From the NCBI GenBank assembly GCA_046757165.1, contig JBHHXT010000002.1, forward strand, positions 32,001 through 96,000: a DNA stretch of 64,000 bases, read 5' to 3'. Positions 20,521-30,922 of the stretch are shown in pieces; position 1 is the stretch's first letter; each line of letters starts with the position of its first letter. The position numbers and the translations under genes are program-made. This DNA comes from a bacterium. Its GTDB lineage: Bacteria > Zhuqueibacterota > Zhuqueibacteria > Oceanimicrobiales > Oceanimicrobiaceae. The notes beneath the pieces were generated by a model, which worked only from the letters and a program-made list of their open reading frames with translations, was not told the origin of the DNA and made no database searches.

Positions 20521-21645
20521 ATGAACTCTTGTCTGTACAAATCCAAGTTAGAGCCATATTTGGATCAGGCACTGTCTGTAAAGGAAATGGAAGAGGTTGC
20601 GGACCATTTCAATGATTGTCCACACTGCCTGCCCGAACTGCAGCGCCTGACTCACTGTGACTCTCTGTTCCGGCGCAATGTCGACGCGCTTTATCCGCTG
20701 CCCCCGGACGATTACTGGGAGACTCTTCCCCGGGTCGTGATGGGACGATTGGGACTGGGGCGCGAAAGATTCACTCTGCAGACGTTTCTGCAACAAACCA
20801 CGAAGCTGTTCCACGTCAGGATTTTCCAAGTGGGTTTCGCGGGCGCGGTTGTCGCCATGGTTCTTTTTCTGGCCTTGCGACAATCTGAAGTGGGGCGGTC
20901 CAAGATCCTCGCTACCGCCGCAGGGCCGGGACAGGAGGAATCGACGATTTCCGGACTCGGCCACGACGCTCCACCGGAAAGCAGCGCTGCGCCCGGCGCT
21001 GAAATGGACGAATCTTCAAAGCACGCTGACCTCGAGCGGACGGTAGCCGTGCTTGCTGAAAACGAGTCGCAGACGGTCCCGCCAGACAGAGGAATCCCTG
21101 GCGGCAAGATTCGTTTTGAGCCTCCGGCCGAGATACCCGCTCGAGGATTGTTGACCATTTCTCCAACGCAGCAGGGCGAACTCGCGCCACAGCCGAATCC
21201 GGAGTTTCTGCTCACAGGTATCGATGAAGACGATGTCTCTAGTGACGATGTCACACTCAGGCCCACAATAGCGGCGAGGGGAGGGACGGTCAGCGGGTCT
21301 GCAACGGAGATAGACGTTCCCGGCCCGTCACTGAAGTTCACCGAAGAGCAGAGCGATTTCGCGGAGACTTTGTGGATTGTACAGGAAAGCGTAACGCTCA
21401 GAGAGAAGAAGAGCATTTGGCTGTCCTACATCGCACGTGAAAAAAACAGCACCTACCGCGCGATGGGCGTCTACAATCTCGCAGTTGTCCTGGCCAAAAT
21501 CGCCGGGAACACCAAAGATCCGGATGAGGCGAAGGAAGCTATTGAATTCTTCGAAAAGTATGGTTCGTCGTTGCGGCAGCAAATGGGTGACAAGAGATAC
21601 GAGATGAAGCTTCGTGCCTTGCAACTCATCTATGACTACAATTAA
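20521..21645 (+). CDS. Zinc-finger (zf-HC2/ZAS) membrane anti-sigma factor
   Basis: HFNDCPHC (HxxxCxxC), one TM segment, directly follows the ECF sigma gene. Confidence 0.8.
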   Translation: MNSCLYKSKLEPYLDQALSVKEMEEVADHFNDCPHCLPELQRLTHCDSLFRRNVDALYPLPPDDYWETLPRVVMGRLGLGRERFTLQTFLQQTTKLFHVRIFQVGFAGAVVAMVLFLALRQSEVGRSKILATAAGPGQEESTISGLGHDAPPESSAAPGAEMDESSKHADLERTVAVLAENESQTVPPDRGIPGGKIRFEPPAEIPARGLLTISPTQQGELAPQPNPEFLLTGIDEDDVSSDDVTLRPTIAARGGTVSGSATEIDVPGPSLKFTEEQSDFAETLWIVQESVTLREKKSIWLSYIAREKNSTYRAMGVYNLAVVLAKIAGNTKDPDEAKEAIEFFEKYGSSLRQQMGDKRYEMKLRALQLIYDYN

Positions 21646-21708
21646 CTGTTGAAATGTTCCTCGGGGGGGGAATGGAGTCTTTGAATCCTGTTTGATTAGA
21701 GAAGTCTG

Positions 21709-23916
21709 ATGTCAACTATTCGATGGGGAGCAGGTTTTTTCTTTCTTTTTCTATTGCTGGGCTGGTCAAATCAAAGGGTAGGTGCGCAGGGATTTGTCAC
21801 CCCGTTTGAGCAGGCGGATGTCCTTCCCACGCTCGAGCGGCAGGATATCGATATTTTCATCAGCAACGACATTGCTGAGATTACGGTGCGGGAGACCTAC
21901 TTCAATCCGCACAACCGTGACATTCAGGGGTATTATAATTACTCCTTGCCGTCTGGAGCAGAGACTTACGATCTCGAGCTGACCATAAAGCAGGCTGCCT
22001 TCAAGGGCGATGTCCTGAAGGAGGAGATGGCAAATGCGGTCTATCTGGACGCTTTTCGCCAGAGACATGAGCATGGATTTCTCGAGATGGTCGGCAATGA
22101 GCTTTTCCGTGCCCGCATGTATCCCATCTTTACGCGCGGGAGGCAGGCGATAACACTTACGTACAAGCAAAAACTGCATCAGGACAACGGGCTCGTCAGG
22201 CTGGTCCATCCATTGCGGTGTAGCTCGGGCCCGGAGGTTGCGACCTCTTCCATCCTGTCGGAAAACCAGGCCTATGTGTCCATCGAATCGAGGCTACTGC
22301 CGGCTGGAACAAGTTTCACCCCGATACCGGCGACGGCCACCAGGCAAAACATCTCAGTGGAATTGTCCTGCGATGTTGCCATCAAGAATGTTTATTCGCC
22401 CAGCCATGATATTGAGATCGATCGCCGGGGGGAACATTCAGCCCAAATCACTTACACCGGTCGCCAATTCGAGAACAGAAAACGCTTCGTGCTCTACTAC
22501 GGCCTCACGAATGCCGAGGTTGGCGTCGACGTGTTGACTCACCGCGTGAGCACTTCCGAAGACGGCTATTTTATGGTTTTGTTGACGCCCAGGACGGACA
22601 TTCCTGGCTTCAAGGCCAGCAAGAATCTCGTCTATGTTTTGGATGCTTCGGCAAGCATGAAGGGGGAGAAAATCAAGCAAGTCAAGTCTGCCCTGAGGTA
22701 CTGCATCACCAGCCTGAACAAGGATGACTACTTTAATGTGATTGTCTTCAGCACGGAGTCAAGAATCTTCAAGAAGGAGCTGGTGAGGGCTTCGGAATTT
22801 CGGCAGGAGGCGGTTGAGTTCATCAATCAAATCGCGGCCGGTGGCGGAACAAACATCAACGAAGCACTGCTAACGGCTCTCAATCTGAAAGGTGGCAACG
22901 GCGGGCCTCGCCGCATCGTTTTTGTGACCGATGGCAGGCCAACCGTCGGCGTGACCGACGTCTCCGCAATCCGCAGGAATGTCAGGACGCTGAATCGTCG
23001 AGGATACAGTGTCCACAGTTTTGGCCTTGGCTACGAAATCGATACCAGCTTATTGGATGGACTCGCCTATGACAACGGCGGCACCAGCGACTATGTCGAG
23101 CATGCCGAAGAGATCGAAACACGAATTGTTGACTTTTATCGCAGCACGAAGACCCCCGTTGTTGGTTCGATCGAATTGGACTTTGGCGAAATTGACGTGC
23201 ACGAGATGTATCCGGAAGGGGTGTACCAACTCTTTGAAGGAGTTCAACTGAGTTTGCTGGGACGGTACAAAGGAGTCGGACCGACAACGTTGACCGTGAC
23301 CTGCCGTGGCCACAACGACCAAACGCTTCGCCTCATGGTTCCAATTACCTTTGAGAGCGAAAATAGTGAAAACGCTTTCTTGCCACGGCTGTGGCTCAGC
23401 CGGAGAATCGGATTCTTGTTAGAGGAGATCCGTTTCAATGAGCACGCAGAGGCATACAGGGTGACCTATGAGACGCTAAGCCGCAAAAATGCCGGTTTTC
23501 CGGGCTGGTCTGGCTATGCAAATATTCTTCGTTCGCCTATGATTGAAGAGGCTGAAAAAAACAGTACGGGTGAAAAGGCAGTCAGAGAGAGTAAGCTTCT
23601 GAGACGATTAAAAGAAGCTGAAATTGTCAGTCCGGGCAGCAAACGCACAATTCGGTACGTGGGCGGAAAGCTGTTCCACTGGAACAACGAGGGGTACTGG
23701 GTCGAAAGTGGGGTCGAGCTGGACCGGAAGGCTCTCAATATCAAATATGGCAGTGACGCGTATTTTGCCCTCCTCAATTTCTACAACGAAGCCGCGCTCT
23801 ATCTTGCCCTGGGCGAAAAAGTGTATTTTAGACTTTACAAGAGTTTCATAAGAATTGATGAACATGGATTGGACGAGATTAGTAAGACAGAATTAAGGGA
23901 GATTTTGTCGTACTAA
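21709..23916 (+). CDS. VIT + von Willebrand A domain secreted protein
   Basis: Signal peptide; VIT-like N-terminus (FNPHNRDIQGYYNYSLP); MIDAS DASAS, GGTNI and VTDGRP. Confidence 0.85.
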   Translation: MSTIRWGAGFFFLFLLLGWSNQRVGAQGFVTPFEQADVLPTLERQDIDIFISNDIAEITVRETYFNPHNRDIQGYYNYSLPSGAETYDLELTIKQAAFKGDVLKEEMANAVYLDAFRQRHEHGFLEMVGNELFRARMYPIFTRGRQAITLTYKQKLHQDNGLVRLVHPLRCSSGPEVATSSILSENQAYVSIESRLLPAGTSFTPIPATATRQNISVELSCDVAIKNVYSPSHDIEIDRRGEHSAQITYTGRQFENRKRFVLYYGLTNAEVGVDVLTHRVSTSEDGYFMVLLTPRTDIPGFKASKNLVYVLDASASMKGEKIKQVKSALRYCITSLNKDDYFNVIVFSTESRIFKKELVRASEFRQEAVEFINQIAAGGGTNINEALLTALNLKGGNGGPRRIVFVTDGRPTVGVTDVSAIRRNVRTLNRRGYSVHSFGLGYEIDTSLLDGLAYDNGGTSDYVEHAEEIETRIVDFYRSTKTPVVGSIELDFGEIDVHEMYPEGVYQLFEGVQLSLLGRYKGVGPTTLTVTCRGHNDQTLRLMVPITFESENSENAFLPRLWLSRRIGFLLEEIRFNEHAEAYRVTYETLSRKNAGFPGWSGYANILRSPMIEEAEKNSTGEKAVRESKLLRRLKEAEIVSPGSKRTIRYVGGKLFHWNNEGYWVESGVELDRKALNIKYGSDAYFALLNFYNEAALYLALGEKVYFRLYKSFIRIDEHGLDEISKTELREILSY

Positions 23917-23971
23917 CCTGAACTTTGTCGAAAAAATACAAGTTCCTCGTTAATCCCTCCTCCTTTTAGCC

Positions 23972-24010
23972 ATGAAAAAGCCGTGATAGCCATCGCGGCT
24001 TTTTCATTTT
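23972..24010 (+). terminator. Rho-independent (bidirectional-looking) terminator
   Basis: ATGAAAAAGCCGTGAT-AGCC-ATCGCGGCTTTTTCAT hairpin followed by T-run. Confidence 0.8.
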
Positions 24011-24046
24011 TGCAGTTGATTTTGTGCGAATTTTTGAGTAAAGTAC

Positions 24047-24961
24047 GTGCAAGACCTTCGGATGCTCAGAGAGATGACCGTATACCACAACACGCCAGAC
24101 GCCCCGTCTGTGTGCATCGAAAAGAGCGTAGCCCTCGCGTTGGAAGAGGACCTCGCGCAGATCGGGGATTTGACCTCTCAGTCTCTCCTGGATTCAAAGG
24201 TGCGAGGCCGCGCGATCATTATTGCCAGGCAGGAGGGGGTGTTTGCCGGCGGCCAGGTCGCCAGGCGGGTATTCGAAAAACTCGACCCGCAACTGTCGGT
24301 TCGGTTGGCTGTCTCAGATGGCGACATCGTCAAGAAGGCGGAGCGGCTGTTGACCGTTGAAGGGAGTGTCGTCAGCATCTTGAGTGCGGAACGAACGGTC
24401 TTGAATTTTTTGCAGAGACTTTGCGGCGTGGCCACGTTGACAGCTCGCTTCGTTGGCAGGGTGGAGGGCACCGGAGCGACGATCCTGGATACGAGAAAAA
24501 CCACGCCCGGATTGCGATTGCTGGAAAAACACGCCGTGCGCATGGGGGGTGGGAAGAACCACAGAGTCGGGTTGTTCGACATGGTTTTGATCAAGGAGAA
24601 TCACATCCTGGCGGCAGGAGGGCTAACAAATGCTGTTCGCAAAATAACGGACAGTCTGAGTGAGAAAGAGGTGCAGGTGAAGATCGAGGTAGAGGTGTCA
24701 AATCCAGAGCAAGTCAGAGAAGCCCTGCGGCTGGCCATTGACCGTGTGATGCTCGACAACATGTCCCTCGAACAGATTCGGGAGGCAGTAAACATCATCG
24801 ATGGCAGAATTGAGACCGAGGTCTCCGGCGGCGTGACATTGGAAACCGTTCGACACATTGCTGAGACCGGCGTCGATTACATATCGGTCGGGGCGTTGAC
24901 GCACTCGGCACCGGCTTTGGATTTGTCTCTGCTCCTGACAGAAGGAAATGGGTCGGAATGA
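24047..24961 (+). CDS. nadC: Nicotinate-nucleotide pyrophosphorylase (carboxylating)
   Basis: ERTVLNFL, DTRKTTPGLR, HRVGLFD, KENH, MLDN and ISVGALTHS. True start may be slightly downstream. Confidence 0.95.
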   Translation: MQDLRMLREMTVYHNTPDAPSVCIEKSVALALEEDLAQIGDLTSQSLLDSKVRGRAIIIARQEGVFAGGQVARRVFEKLDPQLSVRLAVSDGDIVKKAERLLTVEGSVVSILSAERTVLNFLQRLCGVATLTARFVGRVEGTGATILDTRKTTPGLRLLEKHAVRMGGGKNHRVGLFDMVLIKENHILAAGGLTNAVRKITDSLSEKEVQVKIEVEVSNPEQVREALRLAIDRVMLDNMSLEQIREAVNIIDGRIETEVSGGVTLETVRHIAETGVDYISVGALTHSAPALDLSLLLTEGNGSE

Positions 24962-25374
24962 TCAAAAAAATCGACCACATTGGAATCGCTGTTGCCGACC
25001 TCGAGGCGGCGATGAAAACGTATGAGCAGCTGACCGGCAAGGGCAGTGCTCACAAAGAGACCGTCGTAGAACAACAAGTCATTACTGCATTCGTTGCCGT
25101 CGGTGAAGTCCGACTTGAACTTTTGAAGGGCATCTCGCCGAACTCGATCATCTCGAGATTTGTGGAAAAAAGGGGGGAAGGCGTGCACCACATTTGCTTT
25201 GAGGTCGAAGACCTGGAGAAAACCAGAGTGGCCTTGACCGCTGCCGGCATGCAATTTGTCGAGAATGTTTCCAGCCGTGGTGCAGGGGGGAGTAAAGTGG
25301 CCTTTATCCATCCCAAAAGCACCAGCGGTGTTCTGGTGGAGTTAGTGGAATACCCGCAAGCCCCGCAAACGTAG
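24958..25374 (+). CDS. mce: Methylmalonyl-CoA epimerase
   Basis: IDHIGIAV, GEGVHHICFEV and FIHPKSTSGVLVEL. Confidence 0.9.
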   Translation: MIKKIDHIGIAVADLEAAMKTYEQLTGKGSAHKETVVEQQVITAFVAVGEVRLELLKGISPNSIISRFVEKRGEGVHHICFEVEDLEKTRVALTAAGMQFVENVSSRGAGGSKVAFIHPKSTSGVLVELVEYPQAPQT

Positions 25375-25375
25375 T

Positions 25376-27226
25376 ATGACGTCCCTAGCATCAGCGTCAC
25401 TGCAAAAAAAACTCGATACGCTTCCCAGGAATCCCGGGTGTTACTTGTTCAAAGATAGCAACCAGAGGATTATCTACATCGGCAAGGCCAAGGTGCTCCG
25501 GCATCGCGTGCGGTCGTATTTCCAGGGAGGGCGGCTGGAAGGACCGAAGTTGTACCGGCTGAAATCCAGGATTGCGGACCTCGAGACCATTGTGACCGAT
25601 ACCGAAATGGAAGCCTTGATCCTCGAGATGAATCTGATCAAGGAATATAAACCTCGCTACAATGTTAATTTAAAGGATGACAAAAGTTACCCCTATATTC
25701 GGGTCACTAACGAGCGTTTTCCGCGCATCTTTCCAACCAGAAAAATTGTTCAGGATGGGTCTCGCTATTTTGGGCCGTACACCGATGTCGGGGCCATGCG
25801 CACCCTGCTGAAATCCGTAAAACGGATATTTCCGGTGCGGAGCTGTAATTATGATCTCACGGAAGAAGCCGTCGCGTGCAAGAAACATAAACTCTGCCTC
25901 GATTATCATATCAAGAAATGTGATGGCCCGTGTGAGGATCTGGTGAGCGTGCAAGACTACGACAAAATGGTCAACCAGATTGTGGGGTTCATCAACGGAA
26001 AAAACAACCAGGTTGTCACCGAGCTAAAAGAGAAAATGCTCAATCTCTCGACAACACTACGATATGAACAGGCGGGCAGGGTTCGCGACCAAATCCGCTT
26101 CATCGAGAACTTTCAGTACAGGCAGAAAGTTGTCACAGACGAATTGACCGATCGCGACATCATCGCGCTTGCTATGGAAGATGCCGATGCCTGCGGCGTG
26201 GTCTTCAAAGTGCGCGACGGGAAGATTATAGGGCGACAGCATTTCTACCTGAACGGGGTGGAGGAGGAGCCCTTTGAGCACGTCGTTTCCGCTTTTGTCA
26301 AGCACTTCTATCTCAAATCCGAATTCGTTCCGCAGGAGATCTATCTCCCGGTCGCCATCCATGACGGTGAGGAGGTGCAGAGCTGGCTTTCAGAGAAACG
26401 CGGCAAGAAAGTCAAACTGGTGATTCCGCAAAGGGGACAAAAAGCCAAAATCGTTGAGATGGCTTTGCAGAACGCGAATTGGCTGCTCAACGAGTTACGA
26501 CTGCAGAAGGTGAAAGCGCGGGATGCCCTCGAGCATAACGTGAAAGCCTTGCAGAGGGACTTACGTCTGCGGCACCCCCCACGAAGAATCGAATGTTTTG
26601 ACATCTCGAACATCCAGGGCACGGACCCGGTCGCTTCAATGGTTACGTTCGTCAATGGCAAACCGAAAAAGAGCGACTACCGCAAATTCAAAATTCACGG
26701 CAAAGACACACCAGATGATTTTGCCATGATGGCTGAAGCCATTCGCAGACGGTATAGCGGATCGTTGACTGAAAAGATGGCGAACCCGGATTTGATTCTG
26801 GTCGATGGCGGCAAAGGACAACTGTCCACGGCGGTGGGGGTTCTGCGGGAATTGAGCCTCCATGACCAGCCGATCGCAGCACTGGCGAAGCGTTTGGATG
26901 AAGTCTTCATCCCCGGGTCACCTGACGCTCAAAACATCCCGAAGACCTCATCCGGTCTCAAGCTTCTGCAGCAGATTCGGGATGAGGCGCACCGGTTTGC
27001 CGTCACCTACCATCGCACGCTGCGAAAAAAGCGCACCCTGCAGTCCGAGCTTGATACCGTTGCTGGGGTCGGCCCTGCAAGGAGAACGGCTTTGCTGAAG
27101 TACTTTGGCTCAGTGAAGCAGATCAAAGAGGCGACCGTAGACGAGCTCGAGATGGTGGAGAGCATTCCGACAGAAATGGCCCGGAGAATCTGGGAGCATT
27201 TTCATATCCTGAAGAAACGAATATAG
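25376..27226 (+). CDS. uvrC: Excinuclease ABC subunit C
   Basis: GIY-YIG N-terminus (YIGKAK.LR.RVRSYF), IECFDISN, VDGGKGQL, RDEAHRFA and HhH tail. Confidence 0.97.
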   Translation: MTSLASASLQKKLDTLPRNPGCYLFKDSNQRIIYIGKAKVLRHRVRSYFQGGRLEGPKLYRLKSRIADLETIVTDTEMEALILEMNLIKEYKPRYNVNLKDDKSYPYIRVTNERFPRIFPTRKIVQDGSRYFGPYTDVGAMRTLLKSVKRIFPVRSCNYDLTEEAVACKKHKLCLDYHIKKCDGPCEDLVSVQDYDKMVNQIVGFINGKNNQVVTELKEKMLNLSTTLRYEQAGRVRDQIRFIENFQYRQKVVTDELTDRDIIALAMEDADACGVVFKVRDGKIIGRQHFYLNGVEEEPFEHVVSAFVKHFYLKSEFVPQEIYLPVAIHDGEEVQSWLSEKRGKKVKLVIPQRGQKAKIVEMALQNANWLLNELRLQKVKARDALEHNVKALQRDLRLRHPPRRIECFDISNIQGTDPVASMVTFVNGKPKKSDYRKFKIHGKDTPDDFAMMAEAIRRRYSGSLTEKMANPDLILVDGGKGQLSTAVGVLRELSLHDQPIAALAKRLDEVFIPGSPDAQNIPKTSSGLKLLQQIRDEAHRFAVTYHRTLRKKRTLQSELDTVAGVGPARRTALLKYFGSVKQIKEATVDELEMVESIPTEMARRIWEHFHILKKRI

Positions 27227-27250
27227 CAAGGGCCAGGGACACCACATACT

Positions 27251-28645
27251 ATGTCACACCGCCTCTTATTGTATCTGTCGATGCTCCTCATGCCGGCCTC
27301 GCTGTTCGCCTTGGGCGATAAAGATTATGACCCCACCACCCTGGTGTTTCCTTCCTTCTTGCACACGATGGGGATTCGAAAAGCCACAAAGATGCACTTG
27401 ATGATCTACACCCGAAACCGGGTAAAGGTCAGGAATCCGCAGGGCATCGCTGTCGTGCGTCTTACGAGCTGGGATGATCCCAACAAGAAGAAGGATGATG
27501 ACGAGGTGACCGGCTATGGCGTGAATGCCGGTGAAAACATCATCGTGTACAACAAATCGATGACCTCGCTCGGCTTTTACGGCAAGAATGAGACTGGCAT
27601 CAAGAAACTCAACCATCCGACTGGCATCACGGCGAATGCCCGCGGAGATGTCTACGTCGCCGACACCGGCAATCATCGAATTGTCCGGCTCTTCAACCCG
27701 AAGCAAGCGCTGAATTTCGTGCGGGCGATCGGAGGGAGGGGAGCGCTGCCAGGCCAGTTCATGGCACCGCAGGGGATTGCTATGGATTCCCACGATATGG
27801 TTTATGTGAGTGACACGGGCAACCAACGGATCCAGGTTCTGAGACCGGATGACCAGCTCCATCTCTGGTTCGGAGATCAGGGCGTCGAGGATGGGCAGTT
27901 GTGGCACCCAGCAGGTATCGCGGTCACCAACGGCAAAGAAAGGTGGTCTCACTTCAAGGATGCGTTCATCGTGGTGGTGGATTTGGATGGCAAGCGGCTG
28001 CAGAAGTTCACCCTCGACGGCATGTTTGTCCGCGGTGTGCGCCTGTCGGATTTGAAGCTTGACGAGGGCAGATTTGCCTACCTCGCCCTCGATTATTACA
28101 GTAACGTCTGGGTGACCGACACGGTCAACCACTGCATCCACAAATTTGACCGCGAGCTGAACTACCTGACCACCTTCGGGCGCAAAGGCCATGGGGACAA
28201 GGAATTTGACGAGCCGCGTGGCATGGCGATCTACAAACGATTTGGGCAGGTCTTTGTCGCAGAGAAAGAGTCAGCCCAATATTATTGGATTGGAACCGAC
28301 ATTCTCGATTTTGAGGCCAAACAGGATACAGTGGCCCGGTGGGTTGAGCTCAGTTTTTTTCTCACTGAACCTTCATATCTCACCTTGACGGTGCGGGATG
28401 AAAAAAACAAAGGAGAGATAACGGTTTTCAAACGGGCGAAGTTTTTCACCGGCCAACAATCTGTTTTGCTCGGCGGCAACTGGCAACGAATGAGCAGCTC
28501 AGGGACCCAACCTCACGACGGCAGCGGACCTGATTTGGAACCCATGAAGTCAGGACGATATCGCCTCGAGCTGAAGGTGGAACCGACCTATTCGTCAATC
28601 AACTATTTCGCCAAAAATGTTGAAACTTCACTAGCAATTCCTTAG
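27251..28645 (+). CDS. Secreted NHL-repeat protein with C-terminal FlgD-Ig-like domain
   Basis: Signal peptide; repeated P.GIA...VYVADTGNHRI; C-terminal 'SFFLTEPSYLTLTVRD...SGRY'. Confidence 0.8.
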   Translation: MSHRLLLYLSMLLMPASLFALGDKDYDPTTLVFPSFLHTMGIRKATKMHLMIYTRNRVKVRNPQGIAVVRLTSWDDPNKKKDDDEVTGYGVNAGENIIVYNKSMTSLGFYGKNETGIKKLNHPTGITANARGDVYVADTGNHRIVRLFNPKQALNFVRAIGGRGALPGQFMAPQGIAMDSHDMVYVSDTGNQRIQVLRPDDQLHLWFGDQGVEDGQLWHPAGIAVTNGKERWSHFKDAFIVVVDLDGKRLQKFTLDGMFVRGVRLSDLKLDEGRFAYLALDYYSNVWVTDTVNHCIHKFDRELNYLTTFGRKGHGDKEFDEPRGMAIYKRFGQVFVAEKESAQYYWIGTDILDFEAKQDTVARWVELSFFLTEPSYLTLTVRDEKNKGEITVFKRAKFFTGQQSVLLGGNWQRMSSSGTQPHDGSGPDLEPMKSGRYRLELKVEPTYSSINYFAKNVETSLAIP

Positions 28646-28654
28646 ATTTTTGTC

Positions 28655-30880
28655 ATGCCCGAGCCAGAAGTAAACCTCGAGTTAGCCAAAGACCACGGGT
28701 TGACGCAGGCAGAATATCAACGCATCCTGGAAATTTTGGGACGCACGCCAACCTTCACGGAGCTCGGTATTTTCTCGGTGATGTGGTCTGAGCATTGTAG
28801 TTACAAGAACTCCATCGCGATGCTGCGTAAGCTTCCCAGAGAGGGCCAGCATCTGCTTGTGAAAGCAGGCGAGGAGAACGCCGGCCTGATCGATATCGGG
28901 GATGGCCTCGCCGTGGCGTTCAAGATTGAAAGCCACAATCATCCCTCCGCAGTCGAGCCGTACCAGGGGGCCGCCACCGGCGTCGGCGGAATCCTGCGCG
29001 ACATTTTCAGCATGGGAGCGCGGCCCATTGCGGCGCTGAATTCTCTGAGATTCGGCAGCCTGGACGATGCCAGGGTGCGATATCTCTTCAATGGTGTGGT
29101 CAAAGGAATTGGAGATTATGGCAACTGTTTCGGTGTTCCGACCGTCGCGGGGGAGGTCTATTTTGACGAGAGCTACGAGGGCAATCCCCTGGTGAACTGC
29201 ATGGCGGTGGGCATTGTCAAGCATGGCCGCATCGCCAAAGCGATCGCCACAGACCCGGGGGCTGTGGTGATGCTGGTTGGCGCGTCGACAGGCCGGGACG
29301 GCATTCACGGCGCGACCTTCGCCTCTGAAGAAATCAGTGACGCCTCCGAGGAGCGTCGCCCGCAAGTGCAAGTGGGGGACCCGTTCACTGAAAAACTGTT
29401 ACTTGAAGCCTCTTTGGAGATGATCAAAAAGGGGCTCTTGATCGGAATTCAGGACATGGGCGCAGCCGGAATCACGTGTTCAACCAGCGAGATGACGGCA
29501 AAGGGCAACTGCGGCATGGTCGTTGATCTCGATCGCGTGTCAACGCGCGAAGCAGGGATGACGCCTTACGAGATTCTCCTTTCAGAGTCGCAAGAACGCA
29601 TGCTGGTGGTGGTGCAGAAAGGCAAGGAACAGGCGGTCAAGGCGACTTGTCACAAATGGGATTTGGCCTGCGAAGAGATCGGCAGGGTGGTCGAAGGAGC
29701 GAATCTGACGATCACCTGGAAAGGCGAAACCGTGGTTGACATTCCAGCCGGGACGCTCGTGTTGGGAGGAGGCGCCCCGGTCTACGAGCGCGAGAGCCGC
29801 AAACCAGCGTATCTTGACCGGCTGCATGCGTTGGACGTGGGCCGCCTGCCCGAACCCGACGACCATCTCGTGGTTCTGAAAAAGCTCCTGGCCTCGCCAA
29901 ACATTTCCAGCAAAGCCTGGGTGTTTCAGCAATACGACCACATGGTGCGTTCAAACACGGTCGTCCTTCCAGGCTCGGATGCCGCGGTGATTCGCATTAA
30001 GGGAACAAACCGTGCGCTGGCGATGAAGACAGATTGTAACGGAAGATACGTCTATCTCAACCCCAGAACAGGCGCCAGCATCGCCGTTGCCGAATCCGCA
30101 CGCAATGTGGTCTGCGCTGGCGCGAGACCCGTGGCGATTACCAATTGTCTCAACTTTGGCAATCCATACAAGCCTGAAATCTATTGGCAATTCAAAGAAG
30201 CCGTGCTGGGCATCGCAGCTGCATGCAACGCTTTGGGCACACCCGTCACAGGTGGCAACGTCAGCTTTTACAATGAAAACCCAAAAGGTGCGGTCTATCC
30301 GACGCCTGTCATCGGCATGCTTGGCGTGGTCGATGATATCAAACATGTGACCACGGCCTGGTTCAAAAGGGCAGGCCATGTCATCGTTCTGCTCGGACAA
30401 AACAAGGGCGAAATCGGAGCCAGTGAGTACCTCGCCGTGCAACATGACCAGGTTGGCGGCGCGTGTCCTTCGCTCGATCTGGACCTGGAGAAACGGCTAC
30501 AGACCTGCTGCCTGGCGGCAATCACGGCCGGTCTGCTCCAGTCGGCACATGACCTCTCGGAGGGCGGGATAGCCGTGGCCCTGGCTGAAAGCTGTTTTCT
30601 CGACCCAGAACGAAATTGGGGCGCCAAAGTCGAGCTGGCGATGACAGCGCGAAGCGATTTTGTCCTGTACGGAGAGGATCAATCTCGAATCCTGGTTTCG
30701 CTCGAACAAAAAGATGTGACCCGCCTGCAGGACCTGGCCAACGACCATGGAATCCGCATGACTATTCTCGGGCATGTGACAGAAGATAGTTCTCTACGCA
30801 TAAACAGGTTGGTAGAGGCCAGCGTGGAAGAGCTGGAATTCATCTACGGTCATGCAATACGATCGAAAATGGAGGGGTAG
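28655..30880 (+). CDS. purL: Phosphoribosylformylglycinamidine synthase subunit PurL (small form)
   Basis: [30 protein letters not shown] and GGNVSFYN. Confidence 0.97.
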   Translation: MPEPEVNLELAKDHGLTQAEYQRILEILGRTPTFTELGIFSVMWSEHCSYKNSIAMLRKLPREGQHLLVKAGEENAGLIDIGDGLAVAFKIESHNHPSAVEPYQGAATGVGGILRDIFSMGARPIAALNSLRFGSLDDARVRYLFNGVVKGIGDYGNCFGVPTVAGEVYFDESYEGNPLVNCMAVGIVKHGRIAKAIATDPGAVVMLVGASTGRDGIHGATFASEEISDASEERRPQVQVGDPFTEKLLLEASLEMIKKGLLIGIQDMGAAGITCSTSEMTAKGNCGMVVDLDRVSTREAGMTPYEILLSESQERMLVVVQKGKEQAVKATCHKWDLACEEIGRVVEGANLTITWKGETVVDIPAGTLVLGGGAPVYERESRKPAYLDRLHALDVGRLPEPDDHLVVLKKLLASPNISSKAWVFQQYDHMVRSNTVVLPGSDAAVIRIKGTNRALAMKTDCNGRYVYLNPRTGASIAVAESARNVVCAGARPVAITNCLNFGNPYKPEIYWQFKEAVLGIAAACNALGTPVTGGNVSFYNENPKGAVYPTPVIGMLGVVDDIKHVTTAWFKRAGHVIVLLGQNKGEIGASEYLAVQHDQVGGACPSLDLDLEKRLQTCCLAAITAGLLQSAHDLSEGGIAVALAESCFLDPERNWGAKVELAMTARSDFVLYGEDQSRILVSLEQKDVTRLQDLANDHGIRMTILGHVTEDSSLRINRLVEASVEELEFIYGHAIRSKMEG

Positions 30881-30922
30881 CACATCCGCTTCGTAACAAC
30901 TGCGTTCAACTGAGGAGGTACT

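Noticed and set aside
27266..28192. Long antisense ORFs (this one, 7335-8183, 39569-40384, 3423-4226 and others)
   Set aside because: They are shadows of well-supported genes on the opposite strand and carry no domain motifs.
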